From IMG/VR virus record IMGVR_UViG_2935269657_000002, positions 6,046-70,045 of that record: DNA of 64,000 bases. One strand, written 5' to 3'. The notes under the pieces are model-generated. The model was not told the origin of the DNA and ran no database searches. It worked only from the letters and a program-made list of their open reading frames with translations. This document shows, piece after piece, positions 27,157-34,911 of the stretch. The DNA comes from a virus. Its lineage: Duplodnaviria; Caudoviricetes. Positions within the stretch are counted from its first letter, which is position 1. Each line of letters opens with the position of its first letter. The position numbers were made by a program, and so were the translations under genes.

Positions 27157-27303
27157 GACCTGTGGCGACCCGTGAAGCCGCAGGTCACAGCCGTGAAGGT
27201 ATCTGTGACTTGCCGTGATTCCGGGCCCGTTGCCGTGAACCGGCCACAGGTCGCCACGGCAAAGGCCACGGCTCTGACCTGGACGTTCACGGGTCGCCAC
27301 GGC
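27157..27303. repeat. clt-like array of CCGTG(A/G) repeats with dyad symmetry
   Basis: CCGTGA at 27170, 27191, 27213, 27233; inverted (C/T)CACGG at 27254, 27266, 27287, 27297. Confidence 0.75.
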
Positions 27304-27338
27304 AAGGAAAGCGGCAAGAATGCGAAGGAGATCCCGAT

Positions 27339-27977
27339 ATGGGCCGCACACTCAAGGTCGTCGAAATGACGATCAACGGGCACCCGTATGTGTGCCCCGA
27401 GTGCGCCGCGGCGGCGTTCACGCTCGACGCGACCGGCTTCCTCGACGGCCTGCCCGCCTCCGGCAACTGCCCCTCCTGCGGGCACTTCTGGCAGGACCCG
27501 CTCATCACCTGCGCCGCCCTCCGCCAGATCCGCGCGTCGAGCTCCGGCCGCGAACGGGCCACGGACACCGACACGTTCGAGATCACCGTCGGCGGTGCGG
27601 TCCTCGCCGGAACCCTCCACCCGGAGGTCACCGCCGACGACCTCAAGCAGGCGGGCCGCGTGTACTGGCGGCGGATCGCCAAGCCGGCCGTGCGGCGGAA
27701 GAAGCGCGAGGTGGTCCGCGCCGTCAAGCGGCCGATCCGGGCGGCGAAGAAAGCCGCCTCCGGGCGCGTCGACGAGGCGGTCGCCACCGCCAAGGCCGCG
27801 GCCGTCGGGGCGGCCTGGAGCCTGCAGACCGGCGAGCCCGACCCCGACTGCGCGCCCGAGCCGGTCAACCCGTGCGGGGCCTGCAGGGGCAAAGGCAAGT
27901 TCAAGATCGACTCCCACCTGCACGACGCAACGACCGTCCGCTGCTCCGTTTGCTTCGGCACCGGCGAAATCGACTAG
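27339..27977 (+). CDS. Zinc-finger protein with DnaJ-like CxxCxGxG motifs
   Basis: CPEC, CPSC, CGACRGKG, CSVCFGTG. Confidence 0.75.
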   Translation: MGRTLKVVEMTINGHPYVCPECAAAAFTLDATGFLDGLPASGNCPSCGHFWQDPLITCAALRQIRASSSGRERATDTDTFEITVGGAVLAGTLHPEVTADDLKQAGRVYWRRIAKPAVRRKKREVVRAVKRPIRAAKKAASGRVDEAVATAKAAAVGAAWSLQTGEPDPDCAPEPVNPCGACRGKGKFKIDSHLHDATTVRCSVCFGTGEID

Positions 27978-27987
27978 GAGACCCGTC

Positions 27988-28488
27988 ATGTCCAGCCCGC
28001 TGCCCGAGCGGCCCCCGATCCACGCCGCACCGGCGACTGGACAGGCCGCCCTCTCCGACGCGGTCATCGAAGCCGCCATCGCCAACGCCATCGAGCAGGC
28101 CAAACGGCACGGCACCAGCCCGCAGGCCGTCATCGGCACCACCCCGCCCGTCGCCCAGCCCGGTATCCCGCCCATGGACCCGCACTACACCCAACTCGGC
28201 CGCCTGTGCCTCTACATCGGCTGCGCGACCGTACCCCCGGGGCTGGTCGGCTCCCTGTTCATGGTCGCGACCGGCTACGCAGATCCGACCGTCCTCGCCT
28301 GGTGCGCGGTCGGAGTGGCCAGCCTGGCCGTCCTCGTGATCGCGGTCGGCAAAGCCGGCAAGCGCATCATGAGCGCCGCCCCACCACCCGCCATCCACGA
28401 GCACTACACCGGCACCGTCTACCAGGACCAGCGCAACGTCCACACGTCAACCAAGGGTGTGTGGGCCAAGACCAACAACCAGCAGTGA
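27988..28488 (+). CDS. SpdD-like membrane protein
   Basis: Two TM helices; C-terminal HEHYTGTVYQD..TKGVWAKTNN. Confidence 0.6.
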   Translation: MSSPLPERPPIHAAPATGQAALSDAVIEAAIANAIEQAKRHGTSPQAVIGTTPPVAQPGIPPMDPHYTQLGRLCLYIGCATVPPGLVGSLFMVATGYADPTVLAWCAVGVASLAVLVIAVGKAGKRIMSAAPPPAIHEHYTGTVYQDQRNVHTSTKGVWAKTNNQQ

Positions 28489-28499
28489 AGGAGAACGAC

Positions 28500-28781
28500 A
28501 TGATCACCGAAACGCTCGACACCACCGACCTGCACCGGCAGGCGGTGTACCTGCTCGTCCAGTCGAAGATGGCCGACCGGGCGGGCGCCAACCCGGCCGA
28601 GTGTCCCGTGCACCGGAAGGCGCAGGACGCCGTCGAGACGGCCGTCGCCGCCGGGGCATCCCACGCCGACATCCACCGCGAGGCCGGCATCCAGGAAGCC
28701 ATCCACGTCCTGTCGTGCCAGCTGCCCGGCTACGAGCCGGCCATCGACTACGACGGCGCCAGGTACGGCGTCGCGGCCTGA
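28500..28781 (+). CDS. Hypothetical protein
   Basis: AAGGAG RBS. Confidence 0.65.
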   Translation: MITETLDTTDLHRQAVYLLVQSKMADRAGANPAECPVHRKAQDAVETAVAAGASHADIHREAGIQEAIHVLSCQLPGYEPAIDYDGARYGVAA

Positions 28782-28792
28782 GAGGAGACGAC

Positions 28793-28888
28793 ATGGACAA
28801 CGAGTGCCAGCTCTGCGGAGCACCCGGCGGATACCCGTACTGCAACGCCGCCTGCGAGGCCGCCGACAACCCTGAAGAAGAGGAGTGA
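28793..28888 (+). CDS. Small Cys-rich peptide
   Basis: GAGGAG RBS; CQLC..YCNAAC. Confidence 0.55.
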   Translation: MDNECQLCGAPGGYPYCNAACEAADNPEEEE

Positions 28889-28987
28889 TCCGCACGCGCC
28901 CAACTGGCCCGACCACCAGCTACGGCTACGAGCCGCAAGCCGCCTGACCCGCACGAGCGCGCCCCCTCCGCAGTCAGCGCGGAGCGA

Positions 28988-29182
28988 CTACCCGCCCGCG
29001 CCTAGGCCCCGGCCGCATTCCGCGTCCGGGGCCTTCGCTGTCGGTGCCGTCTTCGCGATCCACCGGTCGCCGGTGACCTGCCTCGGCGGCAGCGCGGGCA
29101 AGAGTCCGTGGGCCAGCAGCCACGCCAGGCCGGCAGCCGTCTCCGCCTCATCGTCGCCCAGCACCGAGAACCGTAACGCCAT
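28988..29182 (-). CDS. Small protein with TTA as codon 3
   Basis: ATG GCG TTA CGG TTC; 64 aa. Confidence 0.55.
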   Translation of the reverse strand: MALRFSVLGDDEAETAAGLAWLLAHGLLPALPPRQVTGDRWIAKTAPTAKAPDAECGRGLGAGG

Positions 29183-29384
29183 GCGGTGAGTGTGACCGAG
29201 CGGGCGAGGGAGCGGGGCGGGAACCGGGGGATTAGGCGTCGGAGGTGGTCTCGCAGAGCCCCAGCCCCGCCGACAGGACTGGGGCTCGCGCATTCGAGTG
29301 TGCCATTGGCTCACCGTGTCAACCGCCAGTGCAACAATTGGCTCAAGTCTCACCCTGCTTCCCGTGCCACCCGAGGAGCCTGCC

Positions 29385-30146
29385 GTGCACGACCACCCCA
29401 CTCGCAAGCCCTGTCCCGGCCCTTGCAACAACGCCTGGCGCCGCGCTGAAACAGTTCTCGCCGAGACAGGCGCCGACCACCACATCACCCCGTCCTGGGG
29501 GCAGCCCATCCAATGCTGGGACTGCGTGGGGCGAGCCCGGCGACAGATTGACGAACTTCCCGAACTCCTCACCCAGATACAGGTCGAAGCCCTCTATGGC
29601 ACCCGCCCGCAGAACACCGCCACCATAGGCAGCCGACCGAACGACGCCCCTGCGTGGCCCGGACAGGCGGCGCGACTCCTTATCGACGGCCTCCTCGGCG
29701 AGATGGAAGAACTCGTCACCGACGTCCTCACGCAACGCGGCATCTGGAGCGGCGACTTCGAACCTGACCGCATCGGCACGCGCGAGGGACGCCGCATCAG
29801 CGCCGCATGCTCGACGCTCGCCGGGCACCTCGACTGGATGATGCAGCAGCATCCGGCCGCAGCCGAACCCCACGAGACCGGCAACGCCAACCCCGCCGGA
29901 CAGATCCGTCACTGGCACGGCACCGCCCAGCGCTTCACCAAGCAGCACCCGCAGCGCGACGTCCGCAAGATGGCGCCCTGCCCACGCTGCAAAGGCCCCT
30001 ACCTCGCCGAGTCCCGCGACCTCCGACTCGTCGACGACCGGCCTTACATCGAATGCCGTGATCCCGACTGCCGGCGCATCATGACCGGCGCCGAATACGA
30101 TACTTACGTCAAGGCCCTCGCCGCAGTCGTCACTCAGGCCGCTTGA
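29385..30146 (+). CDS. Putative late-gene activator/antiterminator (zinc-binding)
   Basis: CPGPC..CWDC N-terminus, CPRC..CRDPDC C-terminus; located just before the late operon. Confidence 0.6.
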   Translation: MHDHPTRKPCPGPCNNAWRRAETVLAETGADHHITPSWGQPIQCWDCVGRARRQIDELPELLTQIQVEALYGTRPQNTATIGSRPNDAPAWPGQAARLLIDGLLGEMEELVTDVLTQRGIWSGDFEPDRIGTREGRRISAACSTLAGHLDWMMQQHPAAAEPHETGNANPAGQIRHWHGTAQRFTKQHPQRDVRKMAPCPRCKGPYLAESRDLRLVDDRPYIECRDPDCRRIMTGAEYDTYVKALAAVVTQAA

Positions 30147-30238
30147 CTTCCGCGCGCATCATGCATGATCCTGAGGCCACGCGCAGCATGCCCGCACATG
30201 CTCAAGGCCTCACGGACTATTCCGTAGAGGCCCTTTCT
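30143..30238 (+). promoter_or_regulatory. Putative late promoter followed by a terminator hairpin
   Basis: TTGACT overlapping the stop codon; hairpin GGCCTCACGGA-CTAT-TCCGTAGAGGCC followed by CTTTCT. Confidence 0.45.
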
Positions 30239-30271
30239 CATGCTCAGGCACCCTGCAAGGAGGTGGCCGAC

Positions 30272-30493
30272 ATGGTCGACCTGACCGCAGACCTGCAGAC
30301 CACCCTGTGGACCGTCGCCGAAGCAGCAGAAGCCGCCCAAGTTCGCCCCAACGTCGTCCGCAACTGGAAGTACCGCGGCGTCCTCAAGCAAGCTGGCGAA
30401 GATCACAACGGGCGCCCCCTCTTCCGCGCCATCGACGTGATCATCGCCGAGAAGGCAACCCGAGAGAAGGCACGGCGTACCTACGCCGCATAG
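30272..30493 (+). CDS. MerR/excisionase-like HTH protein
   Basis: WTVAEAAEAAQVRPNVVRNWKYRG..L..GRPLF. Confidence 0.75.
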   Translation: MVDLTADLQTTLWTVAEAAEAAQVRPNVVRNWKYRGVLKQAGEDHNGRPLFRAIDVIIAEKATREKARRTYAA

Positions 30494-30657
30494 ACCCCTG
30501 CGCACGGTGGTCGCGCAGGAAGGGCCTCGTAGCGCCACGCGCTCGGCCCACCCCGTCCGCATGCTCCGTGGGGGAGCCACGCGGACATGTCCCGCCGTCG
30601 CCCAACCCCCCAGGTTCCGGCGGCGGGACACCCCACTCATCGCGCCAGGAGGCAGCC

Positions 30658-30756
30658 ATGCCCGACGAGTACGCGCTGCGGCTGGAGGCCTCCGGCGAGG
30701 TCACCACCGCCCAACCCGACACCATCGAGCCGGAGCCCGAGGAGGCCGAGGAATGA
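30658..30756 (+). CDS. Small acidic peptide
   Basis: AGGAGG RBS; coupled to next gene. Confidence 0.55.
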   Translation: MPDEYALRLEASGEVTTAQPDTIEPEPEEAEE

Positions 30757-31151
30757 CCGCAGGACTCGCCCCCAGCCTCGTCTCCGGCTGGCTCAACACA
30801 CTGCGCTCCGCAGGCTCCGCGTACTCGGCGGTCGCCGGGACGTTCGCACAGCTGCACACCGGAGACCCCGGCGCAGCCGGCACCGCCAACGTGTCCGTCG
30901 GCTCGACGACACGGAACTCGTTCACGTTCGCCGCATCCTCGTCCGGGTCCGCCCTGGCGCTGAGCGCAGCCCCGTCGGCGTGGACCAACGGCGGCACCTC
31001 GGAGACGCTCACCCACATCTCCGTATGGACCGCGTCGACGTCCGGAACGTTCCTGTTCTCGGTGGCACTGACGGCGTCGAAGGCGTGGGCGTCCGCCGAT
31101 TCGTTCAACCTCGCCACGCTCACCGCGGCACTGACTCCACAGTCCAGCTGA
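30753..31151 (+). CDS. Small beta-rich virion fibre subunit-like protein
   Basis: QLHTGDPGAAGT, THISVWTAST.GTFL motifs typical of small actinophage fibre proteins. Confidence 0.65.
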   Translation: MTAGLAPSLVSGWLNTLRSAGSAYSAVAGTFAQLHTGDPGAAGTANVSVGSTTRNSFTFAASSSGSALALSAAPSAWTNGGTSETLTHISVWTASTSGTFLFSVALTASKAWASADSFNLATLTAALTPQSS

Positions 31152-31179
31152 CGGCGAGCGGCCGGAGGGGGAGGCCGCC

Positions 31180-32592
31180 GTGACGACCTTCACCGACGAC
31201 TTCAACCGCGCCAACTCGACTGACCTCGGCGCCAACTGGGTCGAGGTCAGCGGCGACTGGTCGATCATCTCCAATCAGCTGTCGTCGGGATCCTCGGGCG
31301 GAACGATCATCCTCCGCGCTGCCGGGGCGATGGCCACCAACGACAATTCCGCACAGGTGACGATCGCGGCGACGGCATCCGTCAGCCACGGCGTCTGGTG
31401 CAGAGGCAACACCAACATCACCAGCGGCTACCTGTGGCGCAACGACGGCACGTCCTGGAACCTCTTCGCCGTAGTCGGCGGCTCCTTCATCAGCATCGGC
31501 AGCTACGCCGCAGCAGCCGTCGCAGGCGACGTGGCGAAAGTGCAGGCCGTCGGCTCGACCATCAAGGGCTACGTCAACGGCGTCCAGCGGGTCAGCGTCA
31601 CCGACACCAACGTCGCCGCCGGCACGAGCGTCGGGATCCGCGCCGAATCCATCAGCACGCTCCGCTTCGACGACTTCACCGGAGCCGACGTCGCCACCGG
31701 CACCACCGGCGACGCCGCCCTGTCGGGAGCCGCCACACTGTCCGCGTCGGGGCTACGGTCCACCGCCGGCTCCGCCGCCCGAACGGCTACAGCCACCCTG
31801 ACCACCTCCGGCATCCGCACCACCACCGGCGGCGCGGCGCTCACACCCACCGCCGTCCTGAGCGCCGGCGGAGTGCGAGCCTCGGCCGACGACGCCAGTC
31901 TGGCGTCCACGGCCAGCCTCACGGCAGACGGAATCAGGGGCGGCTCGGCGGCGGCGGGCCTGGCCGCTTCGGCGCCGCTGACCGCAGCCGGCCAGGTCAC
32001 CGTCGTCGGCGACACCGCACTCGCGGCCACAGCAGACCTCGCGGCCACTGGGCAGCGCAGTGCCGCCACCGAAGCCGGCCTCGCCGTCACTACGGACCTG
32101 GCCGCCACCGGGCTGGCGGGCCGGGTCGCGCAGTCCGACCTCGCCGCGACCATCGAACTCACCGCGAGCGGAGCACGCCAAGCGCAGGCCGACGCAAGCC
32201 TGGCCGCCGCGGTTCTCCTGCTCGCGCAGGGGCAGGTCGACCGCAGCAGCACCGCCGCCCTGACAGTCGCAGCCGCACTAGCGGCCGACGGGGTAATGGG
32301 CGCGCCGCCCGTCCTCGGCAACGCCGCCCTCACCGCGACGGGCATCCGCTCCGCGACAGGGGAGCGCACGACAGCCGCCGTAGCCACCCTGGCCGCCGCG
32401 GCGACGCTCACCGCAGCAGGAGCAACGGCAGTCACCGCCAGCGCCGCCCTCACAGCCACAGCCACGCTCACGACCAGCGGCACGACGCTCTCCACCCACG
32501 ACGACATCGACATCACCGTCGGCGCACCCCACGGCACCTGGTCCGCAGGCGCCCCGCATCCGGATGCGTGGGAGGTGGGCGCCCCGTGGTGA
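31180..32592 (+). CDS. Putative fibre protein: lectin-like N-terminal domain plus 13 x 20-aa Ala/Thr repeats
   Basis: FTDDFNRAN...RFDDF domain, then A.L..TA.L.A.G.R repeats. Confidence 0.7.
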   Translation: MTTFTDDFNRANSTDLGANWVEVSGDWSIISNQLSSGSSGGTIILRAAGAMATNDNSAQVTIAATASVSHGVWCRGNTNITSGYLWRNDGTSWNLFAVVGGSFISIGSYAAAAVAGDVAKVQAVGSTIKGYVNGVQRVSVTDTNVAAGTSVGIRAESISTLRFDDFTGADVATGTTGDAALSGAATLSASGLRSTAGSAARTATATLTTSGIRTTTGGAALTPTAVLSAGGVRASADDASLASTASLTADGIRGGSAAAGLAASAPLTAAGQVTVVGDTALAATADLAATGQRSAATEAGLAVTTDLAATGLAGRVAQSDLAATIELTASGARQAQADASLAAAVLLLAQGQVDRSSTAALTVAAALAADGVMGAPPVLGNAALTATGIRSATGERTTAAVATLAAAATLTAAGATAVTASAALTATATLTTSGTTLSTHDDIDITVGAPHGTWSAGAPHPDAWEVGAPW

Positions 32593-32873
32593 TCCCCGCC
32601 TCCTCGACGGAGTACCTGCACATCCCCGTCACTGCCCCGGCCGGTATCGACCTCACCGGGACCCCGGTACGAATCGCCATCGTCGCCCATGATGACAACC
32701 CCGCAGACAGCGAATGGCAGACCGCAACGTGGGGCGACGACGAGGCGAACCTGCTCGTCGGCCCCGACACCGCAACCCTGCTCGATCCCGGCGACTACCA
32801 CGTGTGGATCAACGTCGACGTCCCCGGACCGGAGAACATCGTCCGTCGTTCCGGTGCCCTCACTGTCACGTGA
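32589..32873 (+). CDS. Small Ig/BppU-like structural protein
   Basis: LLVGP...LDPGDYHVWINV..PENIVR.SG.LTV. Confidence 0.6.
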   Translation: MIPASSTEYLHIPVTAPAGIDLTGTPVRIAIVAHDDNPADSEWQTATWGDDEANLLVGPDTATLLDPGDYHVWINVDVPGPENIVRRSGALTVT

Positions 32874-32906
32874 ACGTGCATCTCTACCTGCATCAACGGG
32901 GGCGAC

Positions 32907-33197
32907 GTGAGCGGTGGATGGGAAGGCAGCAACCGGCGAGCCGAACTGCCAGACGACTGGTACACACGCATCCGGCCGATGGTCCTCGAACGGGACGGGC
33001 ATCGCTGCCAAGCATGCGGACGGCCGGCCACCGACGTCGACCATATTGGCGACAAGCACGACCACAGCCTCGGCAACCTCCAAGCGCTGTGCGGCTGGTG
33101 CCACCGACAGAAGACCGCGCGGCAGGGCAACCAGTCGCCGAACCGGGCCAAGGTGACTGAGGCGAGACCGCGCGAGCAGCATCCGGGAATCACGTGA
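32907..33197 (+). CDS. HNH endonuclease (terminase-associated)
   Basis: RDGHRCQAC..VDHI..NLQALCGWCH..KT. Confidence 0.92.
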   Translation: MSGGWEGSNRRAELPDDWYTRIRPMVLERDGHRCQACGRPATDVDHIGDKHDHSLGNLQALCGWCHRQKTARQGNQSPNRAKVTEARPREQHPGIT

Positions 33198-33508
33198 CCG
33201 GCTCGAATCTGTGTGGGTCTTCCAGGCTGAAGCAGATCATGGACCCCTGGCACCCAACCCCTCCCCCCGCCCCCTGGAAGCCCGGGGAGGTGCTGTGGCT
33301 GAGGCTGGCTACGGGTCTGGTGACTTTGCCCCTTCCTGGCCCCTGTGTGGTCCTGTGGTGGCCTGTCGGGGGTCGGCTGGACTGTCGCGGGGGTGGGTTC
33401 GGGAGATGGCCGTTCAGCACTTCGCCCCTTGCGGGGTTGCCGTGTAACAGTCACGTATCCGCAGGCCAGAGCGCGGATTGGCGTTACATGCTCCGCTAGA
33501 ATGGGTGC

Positions 33509-34093
33509 ATGAAGACGAGGCGATGCGAGCACGAGCCGTGCGGCCGGCACCTGGGTGCTCGGCACGCACACAACGCCCGCTACTGCTCGGGGCGTTGCCG
33601 CACCGCAGCCTGCCGGGCACGCCGCACGATCCCGGCGGAGCTCACTCGTCGGCCGCGGTGGATCCGGCGTACCTCGCGGAAGGTGCCGGTGACGGTCCAC
33701 GGCGAGCCGGCGAGTAGCACGGCTCCGCAGACCTGGTCGCCTCACCGCGTTGCCGCGTCGAGTGCTGCGGGTGCGGGGTTGGGCTTCGTCTTGAACGGTG
33801 ACGGTGTCGCGTGCGTGGACCTGGACCATTGCCTGGTGGGCGGCGAACTGGCCGACTGGGCGAGGCGCCTGGTCGGCCTCGCGCCGGGTTGCTGGATCGA
33901 GCGATCGCAGTCCGGGGACGGTCTGCACATCTGGGGTTTCGGCCGCCTTGAGCGCGGCCGGCGCCTGTCTGTCGACGGCGGCTCGGTGGAGTTGTACGGG
34001 GACGGCAGGTATATCGCGGTCACGGGCGACACGTGGGGTGACACGCCTCGTCGCCTGGGTGATCTGAGTGGGTTGATCGACGCCTTGCTGTAG
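33509..34093 (+). CDS. Zinc finger plus primase/polymerase-like domain protein
   Basis: YCSGRCR; CVDLDHC, ERSQSGDGLHIW, VELY..GRYIAVTG. Confidence 0.75.
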   Translation: MKTRRCEHEPCGRHLGARHAHNARYCSGRCRTAACRARRTIPAELTRRPRWIRRTSRKVPVTVHGEPASSTAPQTWSPHRVAASSAAGAGLGFVLNGDGVACVDLDHCLVGGELADWARRLVGLAPGCWIERSQSGDGLHIWGFGRLERGRRLSVDGGSVELYGDGRYIAVTGDTWGDTPRRLGDLSGLIDALL

Positions 34094-34141
34094 CCGCCCG
34101 ACACGGGTGCGCCACAGCGCACCCGACACGGGAGGACCAGC

Positions 34142-34420
34142 GTGACACGTGTACAGATCCTCGAACTGCCTGACGGGGCCTCTGATGAGCGAGCGCCGTT
34201 CGTTCTGGTCGTTGACCAGTGCGAGCCGCAAGGTATTGCCCTCGGGGCAAGCGCGGCTCGGGTGCGCGACTACTGGGAATGTGTGGCCCAGAGGATCGGG
34301 GCGCAAGGTGTGATCGTGACTCCGGAAACGATCGAGATTCCGGCGAACGATGTATCCGGCTTCAGTGCGGACGCTGCAATCGCTGATCCCCTCGCGTCGC
34401 TCGAAGCAGAGGCCGAGTGA
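34142..34420 (+). CDS. Hypothetical protein
   Basis: GGAGG RBS. Confidence 0.65.
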   Translation: MTRVQILELPDGASDERAPFVLVVDQCEPQGIALGASAARVRDYWECVAQRIGAQGVIVTPETIEIPANDVSGFSADAAIADPLASLEAEAE

Positions 34421-34911
34421 TGGGCGGGGTTGGGCCGCCGCCGAAGGATCCGAAGCGCCGGGCGCGGGCGAACAAGGACCCGGTCGCGCAGACGATTTTG
34501 CGGTTCGAGCAGGCGCAGGCGCCGGAGCTGCCGGACTTCCGCATCAACTCGGATGCCGGGCTGGTCGAGTTCGTGTGGCCGGAGCGGACCCGGGAGTGGT
34601 GGGCGACGTGGGTTGCCTCTCCGCAGGCGGAGCACTTCTCGTCGACGGACTGGGAATTCCTGCTGGATACCGCGTTGATCCACGCGCGGTATTGGAATGG
34701 GGAGATGTCGGCGGCGCCGGAACTTCGGCTTCGGGTGGCGAAGTTCGGTGCCACGATGGAGGACCGGGCCAGGCTGCGCATGCAGTTCGCCGCGGCCGAC
34801 GAAGCCGACGCGAAGCGCCCGGAGCCGGGCAGTAGCGCGAAGGCCCGCTACGGAACCTTGCATGCCTTGCCGTCGGCCAAGGATAAGAAGGCGGCCGGCG
34901 GGGAGTCCTGA
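34420..34911 (+). CDS. terS: Terminase small subunit
   Basis: GPPPKDP, W..W..SPQA, ELRLRVAKFGAT.EDRARLR; coupled to terL. Confidence 0.85.
   Translation: MGGVGPPPKDPKRRARANKDPVAQTILRFEQAQAPELPDFRINSDAGLVEFVWPERTREWWATWVASPQAEHFSSTDWEFLLDTALIHARYWNGEMSAAPELRLRVAKFGATMEDRARLRMQFAAADEADAKRPEPGSSAKARYGTLHALPSAKDKKAAGGES

Larger units (their letters stand above)
19467..29182. mobile_element. AICE/plasmid-type conjugal transfer and spread module embedded in the prophage
   Basis: KilB-like, Spd-like membrane proteins, FtsK/TraB, repeat array; no rep, int or xis recognised. Confidence 0.75.

Noticed and set aside
30495-30650. Cluster of hairpins as a possible ncRNA or tRNA
   Set aside because: No cloverleaf or known RNA motif; GC-rich hairpins are expected by chance
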